Assembly: GCA_044432805.1 (NCBI GenBank)
Contig: JAWXUI010000005.1
Location: forward strand, 1 to 53,995
From: Mycoplasmatota bacterium
GTDB lineage: Bacteria; Bacillota_I; Bacilli_A; RF39; UBA660
DNA: 53,995 nucleotides
Direction of reading: 5' to 3'
Below, in pieces: positions 18,833-29,382 of this stretch (positions are counted from its first letter, which is position 1; every line of letters begins with the position of its first letter). The notes below the pieces were generated by a model, which ran no database searches, was not told where the DNA came from, and worked only from the letters and a program-made list of their open reading frames with translations. The translations under genes and the position numbers were made by a program.

Positions 18833-20041
18833 ATGCATACACCTTTAGCGATTAATTTAAGACCTTTAAAAATAGAAGATATTATAGGACAAGTTCATTT
18901 GGTTGGAGAAAATGCTGTTTTATATAATTTAGTTAAAAACAATAAATTATTTTCTATGATTTTATATGGTAAACCTGGAATTGGAAAAACATCTATTGCA
19001 AATGCAATCGCGAATAGTTTAAATATGCGTTATAGATTGTTAAATGCTGTTATAAACAACAAAAAAGATTTTGATATAGTTATAGAAGAAGCTAAATTAT
19101 ATGATGGTATGGTTGTTATTATGGATGAAATTCATAGATTAAATAAAGATAAGCAAGATTTACTACTTCCTTATTTAGAAAGTGGATTAATTACTTTAAT
19201 AGGTATGACTACATCAAATCCATATCATAAAATAAATCCAGCTATTCGTAGTAGATGTAATATATATGAGTTAAAAGAACTAACAGATGACGATATTTTA
19301 AAAGGTTTAAAAAAAGCAATTAAATCTCAATATTTAAATGAGATAAAAATAGATGATCAATGTTTAGAATATATTACTAATCTGTCTGGTGGAGATTTAA
19401 GATTTGCATATAATTTTTTAGAATTAGCATATTATTCTAGTAATGATTTTAATATTAGTATTGATTTTTTAAAAACACTTAATTCTAAACCTGTATTTTT
19501 TCATGATAAAGATGATGATGGACATTATGATGTTATTTCAGCATTTCAAAAAAGTATCCGTGGTAGTGATGCTGATGCTGCTATTTATTATTTAGCAAGA
19601 TTAATTGAAGCTGGTGATTTAGATATTTTATACAGAAGAATGACTGTTATTGCATATGAAGATATTGGACTAGCTAATCCTAGTATTGGTCCTAGAGTAG
19701 ATGCGGCTATTAATGCATGTGAGCGTTTAGGACTTCCAGAAGGAAGGATTCCTTTATCTTGTGTTGTTATAGACATGGCTTTATCACCTAAAACTAATAG
19801 TAGTGAAGCTACAATTGATTTAGCCTTAAATGATATTAGAAGTGGTAATACTGGTAATGTTCCAGATCATATTAAGACACATGCAAAAGATTATAAATAT
19901 CCTCATGATTATCCCCATGCATTTGTAAAACAACAATATTTACCTGAAAAAATGAAGAACAGACATTATTATAATCCTCGAATTACAAGTAAATATGAAG
20001 AACAATTAAAAAAAGTATATGATAATGTAAAAAAAGATTAA
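18833..20041 (+). CDS. rarA: Replication-associated recombination protein A (AAA+)
   Basis: PLAINLRP, GKPGIGKT, DEIHR, SAFQKSIRGSD, EDIGLA, YKYPHDY. Start set at the ATG after GGAG. Confidence 0.96.
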   Translation: MHTPLAINLRPLKIEDIIGQVHLVGENAVLYNLVKNNKLFSMILYGKPGIGKTSIANAIANSLNMRYRLLNAVINNKKDFDIVIEEAKLYDGMVVIMDEIHRLNKDKQDLLLPYLESGLITLIGMTTSNPYHKINPAIRSRCNIYELKELTDDDILKGLKKAIKSQYLNEIKIDDQCLEYITNLSGGDLRFAYNFLELAYYSSNDFNISIDFLKTLNSKPVFFHDKDDDGHYDVISAFQKSIRGSDADAAIYYLARLIEAGDLDILYRRMTVIAYEDIGLANPSIGPRVDAAINACERLGLPEGRIPLSCVVIDMALSPKTNSSEATIDLALNDIRSGNTGNVPDHIKTHAKDYKYPHDYPHAFVKQQYLPEKMKNRHYYNPRITSKYEEQLKKVYDNVKKD

Positions 20042-20061
20042 GTTTTAAAACTTAGTCTTTT
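20031..20061. terminator. Bidirectional terminator between rarA and holA
   Basis: AAAAAGATTAAGTTTT/AAAACTTAGTCTTTT near-perfect inverted repeat. Confidence 0.7.
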
Positions 20062-21002
20062 TATAAATTTATAATAAATAATTCAATCGCTAATTCTTTA
20101 TTTATTTTACCACTTTTTATTTCGATATCTAAATTTGCTAATTTATTTAAATTGTTTAGTAATTCATTATTTGTATATTTTTTTGATTTTATATTTGCTA
20201 ATTTTATCGAATATGGATGCGCACCTAATTCAATAGCTATATCTTTTTCACTGTATCCTTGTGACATAAAATATTTTACTTGATACATCAATCTTATTTG
20301 ATTAGAAAGCATGACTATTATTTTTATTGGTTCTTCATTTAATTTCATTAATTCATAATAAGTTTCCATGGCTTCTAATTTATTTTTTAAAATAATATTT
20401 TCTATAAATTTAAAGAAATCAACAGATACCAGTTTTGTTACTATATTATCAATATCATCTTTTGTTATCAATAAGTTTTCGTCTTTATAAATTTTTAATT
20501 TTTCAATTTCATTAAATAATATTTCTAAATTATTATTTGTTCTATTTATTAAATAATTAATTAAATTATTTTCAATTTTATAATCTTTTAATTGATCCTT
20601 TACAATATTAACTAAATTAATAGAATTAACTTCAATTAACTTTGATTTGGATTTTAATAATTTTACAATTTTTTTTCTTTCATCTAATTTTTCGCTTTCA
20701 ACAACAAATATTAAAATACAGTCTTGATTGTCAAAATTTAAATATTTTTCTAATTCTAATATATCGTGTTCAAGTCCACCTTTTTTTATAGTTCCTGTAA
20801 ATATATAAGCATCATTAACAATAATTAATTTTTTATCATTAAACATAGATAAAGATAAACAATCAATTAAAACATCGTCTATTTTTGTATCAAGTAGACT
20901 ATATTGTGTTATATCTTCTTGATTGAAGTTATATTTTTCTTTTATTTTATTAATATTTTCTTTTATTAATAAAGATTGCAGTCCAACTATTGTATAAATC
21001 AT
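20061..21002 (-). CDS. holA: DNA polymerase III delta subunit
   Basis: SLSMFNDKKLIIV, KLDERKKIVK, NEIEKL, HPY, DIEIKSG motifs. Confidence 0.93.
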   Translation of the reverse strand: MIYTIVGLQSLLIKENINKIKEKYNFNQEDITQYSLLDTKIDDVLIDCLSLSMFNDKKLIIVNDAYIFTGTIKKGGLEHDILELEKYLNFDNQDCILIFVVESEKLDERKKIVKLLKSKSKLIEVNSINLVNIVKDQLKDYKIENNLINYLINRTNNNLEILFNEIEKLKIYKDENLLITKDDIDNIVTKLVSVDFFKFIENIILKNKLEAMETYYELMKLNEEPIKIIVMLSNQIRLMYQVKYFMSQGYSEKDIAIELGAHPYSIKLANIKSKKYTNNELLNNLNKLANLDIEIKSGKINKELAIELFIINL

Positions 21003-21030
21003 AAAATCACCTGTTACAATTATATCATAT

Positions 21031-22362
21031 TTATTTTTTAAAAACTGAATTTTGCGCTAAATAATACCATGTTAACGCTCCAACATTACCACTTACTTCT
21101 AAACCATTATCCGATTGTATTTTTTTTATTGATTCTTTTGTTAATTGATCAAAATAGCCGCTTACTTTTACACCAGGTATAGATTTTGTGGTAATACAGA
21201 TATTATATAAAAAATTTTGTAATATTAATATATCTTCTCCAATCATCCCTTTTGATAGTATATATCCAGGATAAAGACTTTCAACTGGTATTGATTTAAT
21301 AGTTTCATCATATATTTTTTTTATTTCTAACCAAGTATTACTATCCACTACTCCATTTTGATTTAATTTGTATTTTTTTTGAAATGATGTTACTAAGCTT
21401 TTTGTGTTTTCATTAAATGTTTCTCCCTTTGATTGGCCAATTATTTCATCATCAAAATAAGCTATTGTATTTAAAAAGTAATTTAATACTTTTACTTGTG
21501 TGCCAAAATCATTAAGTTTTAATTCTTTACTAAATTTTAAGCTAGCATCGTCAATTGATATACCTTCTGAATAAATATTTGTTATTTGTAAAACACTGTT
21601 ATAAATATATTTTATTTTATACCAAGTTGCTTCGTTTATAATTCCTGTTATAGGTAAATTAAAAACATTTTGAAAATCTTTTATTGCTTCTTCTAATTGT
21701 GTATCAAAATATTCATCTATAGTTATTCTTAATAGCGAAGGATAACTTCTTTTTATTCTATTTAATTGCCTTTTTATTATTAATATATCATTTCCAGCAT
21801 CTCCTATTTTTAGTTCATAACCAGGATAACTTTTTACCACTTCTTCTTGTTTTGCATTATTAACAATATATATATTATCACCATAATAAATTTTTAAAAT
21901 TTCTTCATAATTTTTTCCTTGGTTAGCTAATTCAAAACTTCCCCATTGTTTTAATCCAGAACAATCAGCTATTTGTCCATCACAATATTGTGCGAATAAT
22001 GGTTGTACTTGGTTTTCTCTTACTAAATATTTATTAAAATATTCATCTACTATTATTGATATTGATTCATAAATATTACTGTTTTTTTTAAATTTTTGAT
22101 CGTATTTTGGGTCACTTGTAATATCATAATCATAACCTAGTGATTTATACCATTCATTATATATTCTATTTAATGCAAAAGAGATTTGCGCTAAAACGTT
22201 TGCTATTATCGTTTCAGTTGGCCACGTTGGATAAATTTCATTACTTGCAACATTTTTAATATAGTCAATAAAGTTAACTGTTATATTTTCTGAATTACTA
22301 TCAGGTATTCCTAAATGAACCGTTATGTTTTTTGGAATAATGGGTAAATTTATATTATTCAT
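21031..22362 (-). CDS. SleC-like spore cortex-lytic enzyme (SpoIID/LytB-type catalytic domain plus peptidoglycan-binding domains)
   Basis: IPKNITVHLG, FIDYIKNVASNEIYPTWP, YCDG...GLKQWGS match clostridial SleC; three PG_binding_1-like repeats follow. Confidence 0.88.
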   Translation of the reverse strand: MNNINLPIIPKNITVHLGIPDSNSENITVNFIDYIKNVASNEIYPTWPTETIIANVLAQISFALNRIYNEWYKSLGYDYDITSDPKYDQKFKKNSNIYESISIIVDEYFNKYLVRENQVQPLFAQYCDGQIADCSGLKQWGSFELANQGKNYEEILKIYYGDNIYIVNNAKQEEVVKSYPGYELKIGDAGNDILIIKRQLNRIKRSYPSLLRITIDEYFDTQLEEAIKDFQNVFNLPITGIINEATWYKIKYIYNSVLQITNIYSEGISIDDASLKFSKELKLNDFGTQVKVLNYFLNTIAYFDDEIIGQSKGETFNENTKSLVTSFQKKYKLNQNGVVDSNTWLEIKKIYDETIKSIPVESLYPGYILSKGMIGEDILILQNFLYNICITTKSIPGVKVSGYFDQLTKESIKKIQSDNGLEVSGNVGALTWYYLAQNSVFKK

Positions 22363-22744
22363 CTAATACCTCATTTATTTTAATATTTTGAATTGTTTTT
22401 TGACCATCAAATATTTTAACGTTATAATTATTATTTAATTTATATTCATTGTTTATCGCTATTATATCATAATCATTATAAGTTGGTAATTTATAAATAT
22501 CTTGTGTTTTTATACTTGGGGTATTTAATAAAATTTCATTAATCATACCGTCGCCATTTGTATAGCCATCATAAAAAATTACTTCTTCATTATCTATTGT
22601 TTTTTTTACTAATATTTTTGTATTAGGTATTGGTAATCCTTGATTTACTAGAAATGTTTGTATTTTTAAAGTGCCTATCGAATCATTTTTTTTGATAAAT
22701 ACTTCATAATTTTTTGTTTTTATAAATTCGTTTAAAGAAATCAT
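22355..22744 (-). CDS. Stand-alone SleC N-terminal (pre/pro-region-like) beta-sandwich protein
   Basis: GTLKIQ...PIPNTKILV...TNGDG...LPTYNDYDI resembles the N-terminal region of clostridial SleC; overlaps the downstream gene by 8 bp. Confidence 0.65.
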   Translation of the reverse strand: MISLNEFIKTKNYEVFIKKNDSIGTLKIQTFLVNQGLPIPNTKILVKKTIDNEEVIFYDGYTNGDGMINEILLNTPSIKTQDIYKLPTYNDYDIIAINNEYKLNNNYNVKIFDGQKTIQNIKINEVLDE

Positions 22745-23223
22745 TATATCTCCTTTATTTTTAATAATTGATTAATTTGTAAATTATTATTTGATAGATT
22801 ATTTAATTTTTTAATATTATCAACATTTGTGCCATATATGATCGCTAAATCATATAAATTATCTCCTTGTTTTACTGTGTGCATTATATAATTTAATTCA
22901 TCAGGCCCAAAACATTCTTTTATTATTTTTAATGGTATAAATAATTTTTGATTAGTTGATATGATATTATTATCTAATTTGTTTATTTCTTTTAAATTAT
23001 CAATATTTACATCAAATTTATTAGCTATTTCATATAAATTTTCATTTTCTTTTACTATGTATGTTTCTAATGCAGGTTTTATATATTCTTCTATTTGTAA
23101 TACTTGATCTTTTTTTAATTCTATATTATCTAAATTATTTAATTCTTTTATGCTTTCAACTGTTGAGTTATATTGTTTTGCGATTCCAAAAATAGAATCT
23201 CCTTCTTTTACTATATATTCCAT
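22744..23223 (-). CDS. Protein made of three LysM domains
   Basis: YIVKEGDS, YIVKENEN and HTVKQGDN repeats; no catalytic domain or signal peptide. Confidence 0.92.
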   Translation of the reverse strand: MEYIVKEGDSIFGIAKQYNSTVESIKELNNLDNIELKKDQVLQIEEYIKPALETYIVKENENLYEIANKFDVNIDNLKEINKLDNNIISTNQKLFIPLKIIKECFGPDELNYIMHTVKQGDNLYDLAIIYGTNVDNIKKLNNLSNNNLQINQLLKIKEI

Positions 23224-23267
23224 TATTCACCTCAATAAAGTATATTTTTGTAATAAAAAAAAATGAT

Positions 23268-24662
23268 TTATTTATCATTTTTAATTAATTCAAAGTAAAA
23301 TGTTGTTCCTTTGTTTTTTTCGCTATCAACACCATAATTAACATTGTGTTTTTCTAAGATGTTTTTTACTATTGATAATCCTAAACCTGTTCCAACTGCA
23401 TTTCTTTGATGTAATTTTTTATTTTTATAATAACGATCCCAGATATGACTTATATCTTTTTTTGATATTCCTCTACCGGTATCAATGATTTTAACTAAGA
23501 CATTTTTTTTGTTGTTTATAACTTCTATTGTTACTGTTTTGTCTTCTCCTACATAATTAATGGCATTGTTTACTAAGTTATAAATAACTTGATATATTCT
23601 TTTTTTGTCTGCTTTTACTTCAATGGATTTATCACATTTTATGACAAATTTATAATTTTCTTTTTCTTTTAATATTTCGTAGTTTGTTATTATTTCATTA
23701 ATTAGGTTATATAAATTAAAATCAGTTATATCTATTAAGTCATTAGTTTGTAATAATGATAGTTCTAAAATATCATTGACTAGATAACTTAATCGATTAC
23801 TTTCATCTATTATAATGTTTAAATGTTCTTCTCTTTTTGTTTTATTTTTATAACTAATATCTTTTATCATTTCTGCATATGCGGATATCATCGTTAAAGG
23901 TGTTTTTAAATCATGACTTACATTAGCCATTAAATCTCTTCTTAGTTCCTCTGTACGCTTTAATTCATCTGCAGCTTTGTTTAGGGTGTCTTCTAGCTCT
24001 AATAGTTCTGTAATATTTGTTTTAAGAGTTAAGTCTTCTGTTTTTGTTGATAAATTTTTAGTAAATTTGTTTATTTTTAAAATTGGTGATGATATTTTTT
24101 TAGAAATATAAAAAGAAATAATGAACGAAATAAATGAAATTATTATTATAATCATGCTTAATTGTTCACTTAAAATATCTTTTGTTTCTGAAGTTGGCTC
24201 TAAAGTAGCATTTATGTATATGTAAGTGTCTCCAATATTTATAGCTTTTACTAAAGTGTTTATATCATATTTTTGATTGATTACTTTATAACTTTGAGTA
24301 AATTCCCCACTGTCAATAAAAACTTCTTTATAAGTGGTTTCATCTCTTACATCACTTCCTATAATACACCCAACGCCAAAAGCATTAGAAGAATATATTA
24401 CAGAGTCTGTTTTTGTTATTTCAATACATACTTCATACTCTAAGGCGATGTTGTCTAAATAAATTGGTAATTCATTATATTCAATGGATTCAATATTTAA
24501 AACTAATGATGCTGCTTCGTTTATGATATTTGTTTTTCTATATTCATAATATTCATCTAATAAAATAACTTGAAATGCCCAGATAAAAAATATAATTACT
24601 AATGCAAATGCCGTTAAGCATATCCACATTTTAAAAACTAGACTTTTAGTTAGTTTCTTCAA
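23268..24662 (-). CDS. Sensor histidine kinase (2 TM, HAMP, HisKA, HATPase)
   Basis: NVSHDLKTPL, NLVNNAINY, DTGRGI, GTGLGLSI. Confidence 0.96.
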   Translation of the reverse strand: MKKLTKSLVFKMWICLTAFALVIIFFIWAFQVILLDEYYEYRKTNIINEAASLVLNIESIEYNELPIYLDNIALEYEVCIEITKTDSVIYSSNAFGVGCIIGSDVRDETTYKEVFIDSGEFTQSYKVINQKYDINTLVKAINIGDTYIYINATLEPTSETKDILSEQLSMIIIIISFISFIISFYISKKISSPILKINKFTKNLSTKTEDLTLKTNITELLELEDTLNKAADELKRTEELRRDLMANVSHDLKTPLTMISAYAEMIKDISYKNKTKREEHLNIIIDESNRLSYLVNDILELSLLQTNDLIDITDFNLYNLINEIITNYEILKEKENYKFVIKCDKSIEVKADKKRIYQVIYNLVNNAINYVGEDKTVTIEVINNKKNVLVKIIDTGRGISKKDISHIWDRYYKNKKLHQRNAVGTGLGLSIVKNILEKHNVNYGVDSEKNKGTTFYFELIKNDK

Positions 24663-25305
24663 ATTTATACCCTACACCTCTAATTGTAACAATATTACTT
24701 TTATATTCTAATATATTATTTCTAAGCATTTTTATATGTGTGTCAATAGTTCTATCATCTCCAAAAAAATCATATCCCCAAATTTTTGTTAACAATTGTT
24801 CTCTTGATAATGCAATATTTTTATTTTCTAAAAAATAAATTAATAAATCATATTCTTTAGGTGTTAATTTAATTACATTTTCTCTTATTGTTACTGTATG
24901 TGCAATTTTATTAATTTCAAGATATTTATATTTTAAAATATCTTTATCTTTTTTATTTCTTTTAGTCACTGTTTTAATTCTTGCCATTAATTCTTTTGGG
25001 CTAAAAGGTTTAGAAACATAATCATCTATTCCTAATTCAAATCCTACTAATTTATCATATTCTGTGTCTCTTGCAGATAGCATTATTACAGGAGTATCAT
25101 ATTCTTTCCTTATTTCTTTAACTGCCGAAAAACCATCCATTACTGGCATCATTATATCCATAATTATTATGTCAGTCTCACTATTCACCTTTTCTATTGC
25201 TTCTTTTCCGTTATTCGCTGTTGTTACATTATATTTATTTAATAAACAATATTCTTTTACAACTTCAACTATTAATTTTTCGTCATCCACTATTAAAACG
25301 TTCAT
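24646..25305 (-). CDS. OmpR-family response regulator
   Basis: VLIVDDE, DIMMP, KPFSP, RTIDTHIK, RGVGY. Start set at the ATG after GAGGTG. Confidence 0.96.
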   Translation of the reverse strand: MNVLIVDDEKLIVEVVKEYCLLNKYNVTTANNGKEAIEKVNSETDIIIMDIMMPVMDGFSAVKEIRKEYDTPVIMLSARDTEYDKLVGFELGIDDYVSKPFSPKELMARIKTVTKRNKKDKDILKYKYLEINKIAHTVTIRENVIKLTPKEYDLLIYFLENKNIALSREQLLTKIWGYDFFGDDRTIDTHIKMLRNNILEYKSNIVTIRGVGYKFEETN

Positions 25306-25367
25306 AGAATCACCTCGTATATAAATTATATCAAATATTTGTGAAAAATACATGAAAAAAGAAGTTA

Positions 25368-27182
25368 TTAAACTTCTTCAAATTGTGAATTATATAGATT
25401 TGCATAAAAACCATTTTTCTTAAGTAAGTCTTTATGATTACCAGTTTCTACAATATCACCATTATTCATAACTAATATTAAATCAGCATTTTTAATAGTT
25501 GATAGTCTATGAGCAATTATAAAACTAGTTCTATTTTCCATTAATTTATCCATTCCTTGTTGTATTAATATTTCTGTTCTTGTATCAACACTAGATGTAG
25601 CTTCATCCAAAATTAATATTTTTGGATCAGCTAATATTACTCTTGCAATAGTTAGTAATTGTTTTTGACCTAATGAAACATTATCTGATTCTTCATTTAT
25701 AATCATATCATAACCTTCTGGTAATGTTTTAATAAAATGGTGTACACATGCTGCTTTTGATGCATTTTTAACTTCTTCATCATTTGCATCTAATTTACCA
25801 TATTTAATATTATTTAAAACAGTATCTGAATACAACCAAGCGTCTTGTAAAACCATTCCAAATAAACTTCTTAACTCTTCTCTTTTAAATTTAGTTATAT
25901 CTTTTCCATCTATTAAAATAGAACCTCTATTTAAATCATAGAAACGCATTAATAACTTTACAATTGTTGTTTTTCCAGCTCCAGTTGGACCTACAATAGC
26001 TATTTTTTGTCCTTTTTTAACTGTAGCAGAAAAGTCATTGATTATTATTTTATTTTCGTTATAACCAAATACAACATCTTTAAACTCAACATCACCTTTT
26101 ATATTTTTTATTGAAAGTGCATCTTTTATATTTGGTGTTTCTTCTTCTTCATCTAAAAATTCAAATATACGTTCTGCTGCAGCCATAGTTGATTGTATCA
26201 TTGTGATTATTTGAGCAATTTGTGAGATTGATGAATTTAAACTTCTACTATATTGTGAGAACGTAATAATACTTCCCACTTCTAATTTATCTTTTATTAT
26301 TAATAAACTACCTAATAAGCAAATAACAACATAACCTAAATTACCAATAAATTGCATTAAAGGTTGCATGGCAGTTGAAATAACTTGGCTTTTCCAACCA
26401 CTTTTATATAATTTATTATTTACTTCATTAAATTGATCTAGTGATTTTTCTTCACCATTAAATACTTTTACAATATTATGTCCACCATATATTTCTTCAA
26501 CGATACCATTAATTTCACCTAAATTTTGTTGTTGTTGTAAGAAATATTTTTGAGATTTTTTAACTATTAAACCCATTCCAAATATTGATATTGGAAGTAT
26601 TAATAAAGTTACTAAAGACATTGTTATATCAATTGAAAACATCATTATTAATATACCAATAATAGTCGCAACAGATGTGATTGATGATGATACAGCTTGC
26701 GATAAATTTTGGCTTAATGTATCAACATCATTTGTTATTTTTGATAATATTTCACCATGATTATATTTATCAAAGAAACTCATTGGGACTTTATTTAATT
26801 TAATTGAAATATTTTTTCTGAATTTATATGCTATATCATTAGTTATTGTATTTGATATTATGTTTACTATAAATGTTGAAATAGCACTTATTATATAAAT
26901 TCCTATTAATAATAATAATGTACTTTGAATAGAATCAAAATCTATTCCACCAGTATTTGTTATTTTACCAATTAAACCATTGTATAACTCAGTTACTACA
27001 TCTCCAGCCATACTTGGCCCTACTATAGAAAAAATAGTTGAAATAGTAGTAAAGAACAAAACAATAATAAACCATTTTTTATAATTTTTAAAATGACTAA
27101 TTAGAGTTTTAAATGTTCCTTTAAAATCTTTGGCAGATTCTATTTTTCCATTTGCCATTGGACCACCTGGACCTCTATTCAT
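25368..27182 (-). CDS. ABC exporter TMD-NBD subunit (heterodimer, consensus site)
   Basis: GPTGAGKT, SLGQKQ, ILDEATS, AHRL. Confidence 0.96.
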   Translation of the reverse strand: MNRGPGGPMANGKIESAKDFKGTFKTLISHFKNYKKWFIIVLFFTTISTIFSIVGPSMAGDVVTELYNGLIGKITNTGGIDFDSIQSTLLLLIGIYIISAISTFIVNIISNTITNDIAYKFRKNISIKLNKVPMSFFDKYNHGEILSKITNDVDTLSQNLSQAVSSSITSVATIIGILIMMFSIDITMSLVTLLILPISIFGMGLIVKKSQKYFLQQQQNLGEINGIVEEIYGGHNIVKVFNGEEKSLDQFNEVNNKLYKSGWKSQVISTAMQPLMQFIGNLGYVVICLLGSLLIIKDKLEVGSIITFSQYSRSLNSSISQIAQIITMIQSTMAAAERIFEFLDEEEETPNIKDALSIKNIKGDVEFKDVVFGYNENKIIINDFSATVKKGQKIAIVGPTGAGKTTIVKLLMRFYDLNRGSILIDGKDITKFKREELRSLFGMVLQDAWLYSDTVLNNIKYGKLDANDEEVKNASKAACVHHFIKTLPEGYDMIINEESDNVSLGQKQLLTIARVILADPKILILDEATSSVDTRTEILIQQGMDKLMENRTSFIIAHRLSTIKNADLILVMNNGDIVETGNHKDLLKKNGFYANLYNSQFEEV

Positions 27183-29382
27183 TGTCTAATTCCTCCTGAC
27201 TTAATTGTGATGATGCAATTTCTTTATACACTTTGCATGTTTTTAATAATTCTTTATGGGTTCCAATACCTTCAATTATTCCGTCATTTAATACGACTAT
27301 TTGATCGGCATTCATAATAGTTGAAACTCTTTGTGCAACAATTAGCATTATTTTATCTTTTGTAATTTTTCCTAATTCTTTTCTTAGGGTTGCATCAGTT
27401 TTAAAATCTAATGCTGAAAATGAATCATCAAAAATATAAATGTCTGGGTCGATAGCGATTGCTCTTGCTATTGATAATCTTTGTCTTTGACCACCAGATA
27501 CATTTGTACCACCTTGTGCTATATCAAAACTATATTGGTTTTCTAATTTTGAAACAAAATTATCTGCTTGCGCTATTTTTGAAGCTTCAACAACTGATTT
27601 ATTATTTAATGTATCATCACCATATTTTATATTTGATAAAACACTTCCTGAAAATAAAATTCCTTTTTGTGGTACATATCCAATTTTTTCTCTTAATTGT
27701 TTCATTTCTAAATCTAAAATGTTAATATCATTTATTTTAATACTACCTTTTGTTACATCGTAAAATCTTGGTATTAAATTTATTAATGTTGATTTACCAG
27801 AACCAGTAGATCCTATAAACGCTGTTGTCATTCCAGCAGATGTTTTAAAGTTTATATTTGTTATAACATCTTCTTGTGCTTCAGGATATCTAAATGATAC
27901 ATTATCAAATTCTAAAGTTTTTATTTTTGATTTTAATTTTTTTGTTTTTTCTTTATTTTTAATACTACTATCTGTGTTAATAACTTCTAATATTCTTTTT
28001 GCAGATACAGAAGCTCTTGGTAAAATAATAGAAATAATTGCTATCATTAAAAATGACATTATAATTTGCATAGCATATTGAATATATGCCATCATATCTC
28101 CAACTTGTATAGTTCCAGCATCAACACCTACTGAACCATACCAAAGAATTGCCACAGTAGTTAAATTCATTATTAATAACATTATTGGCATCATGCAAGA
28201 CATTGTTCTATTAATAAATAAATTTGTTTTTGTTAAATTTTTATTAGCTTCTTCAAAACGTTGTTCTTCATGTTTTTCATTACTAAATGCACGAATTACT
28301 GGGATTCCAGTTAATATTTCTCTAGATACTAAATTTAATTTATCAATTAATTTTTGTAATTTACTAAACTTAGGCATTACGAAAGTAAATAATAAAGTTA
28401 TTACAAACATTAAAGTACCAACTGCACCGATAATTATAAATAACATAGAACTATCAGATTGTGTACTTTTTATTATTCCTCCAATTGCTATAATTGGTGC
28501 ATAAAATACAACTCTAAACATCATTATGATAACTTGTTGAACTTGTTGAATATCATTTGTTGTTCTTGTAATCAATGATGCTGTTCCAAATTTTTTAACT
28601 TCTTTTTCTGAAAATTCTAATACATTTTTAAATACTTTTTCTCTTAGTGTTTTAGCTAGTTTAGCAGCCATTCTTGCTCCAACAAATAGTATCAACAATG
28701 CATCAGCCATTATCAATAAAGAAATACAAACCATTTTAGCTCCTGCTATTAAAATGTATTGTGTTTGTATTGAATCAATATCAATACCGATTTTTTCATA
28801 TTCTACTTGTACAGTTGAAATAGCAAGTTGTTCTAAAATTGATTCTGGATATTCATTTAACATCTCGGCTAAAGGAGTTACAATTTCACTTAACTGTTCT
28901 TCTGTTAAAATAGATAAAATTGTAAATATATTTTCACTGTTTACTTCCATATTTAAAGAAGTTGATAATGCTTCAAATATTCCATCTGTCATTTCACCTT
29001 CTGTTGCAAGTAAATAAGAAAGTATTCCAGTTTCATATATTACATCTCTTGCTTCTTCACTATAGTTTTCGTTTAATAGATAAATATCTTCTTCTAATAA
29101 TAAAGGATATTCTTCTAAATAGTCACCTAGAGAAGTTATAACGGTATAACTATCTAATAATAATTCATCTTTATCAGTAAGTAATAGCATTTTATCTAAT
29201 GTAGTATCTGATAATGTTTCATATACCCCATCTTGTATTCCTTTTTGTTGAATACCTACATTTACAATATCAGAAGTATATTCTGGTAGTGATAAATCTA
29301 AATAAGCTTGTGCGACTAAAAGAATTATAATTAATATAATCTTTGGAAAGTCATTTTTTAAATATTTTAATAATTTTAACAT
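27175..29382 (-). CDS. ABC exporter TMD-NBD subunit (heterodimer, degenerate site) with large extracellular insert
   Basis: GSTGSGKS, SGGQRQ, degenerate IFDDS and AQR; acidic insertion after TM1. Confidence 0.95.
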   Translation of the reverse strand: MLKLLKYLKNDFPKIILIIILLVAQAYLDLSLPEYTSDIVNVGIQQKGIQDGVYETLSDTTLDKMLLLTDKDELLLDSYTVITSLGDYLEEYPLLLEEDIYLLNENYSEEARDVIYETGILSYLLATEGEMTDGIFEALSTSLNMEVNSENIFTILSILTEEQLSEIVTPLAEMLNEYPESILEQLAISTVQVEYEKIGIDIDSIQTQYILIAGAKMVCISLLIMADALLILFVGARMAAKLAKTLREKVFKNVLEFSEKEVKKFGTASLITRTTNDIQQVQQVIIMMFRVVFYAPIIAIGGIIKSTQSDSSMLFIIIGAVGTLMFVITLLFTFVMPKFSKLQKLIDKLNLVSREILTGIPVIRAFSNEKHEEQRFEEANKNLTKTNLFINRTMSCMMPIMLLIMNLTTVAILWYGSVGVDAGTIQVGDMMAYIQYAMQIIMSFLMIAIISIILPRASVSAKRILEVINTDSSIKNKEKTKKLKSKIKTLEFDNVSFRYPEAQEDVITNINFKTSAGMTTAFIGSTGSGKSTLINLIPRFYDVTKGSIKINDINILDLEMKQLREKIGYVPQKGILFSGSVLSNIKYGDDTLNNKSVVEASKIAQADNFVSKLENQYSFDIAQGGTNVSGGQRQRLSIARAIAIDPDIYIFDDSFSALDFKTDATLRKELGKITKDKIMLIVAQRVSTIMNADQIVVLNDGIIEGIGTHKELLKTCKVYKEIASSQLSQEELDNE

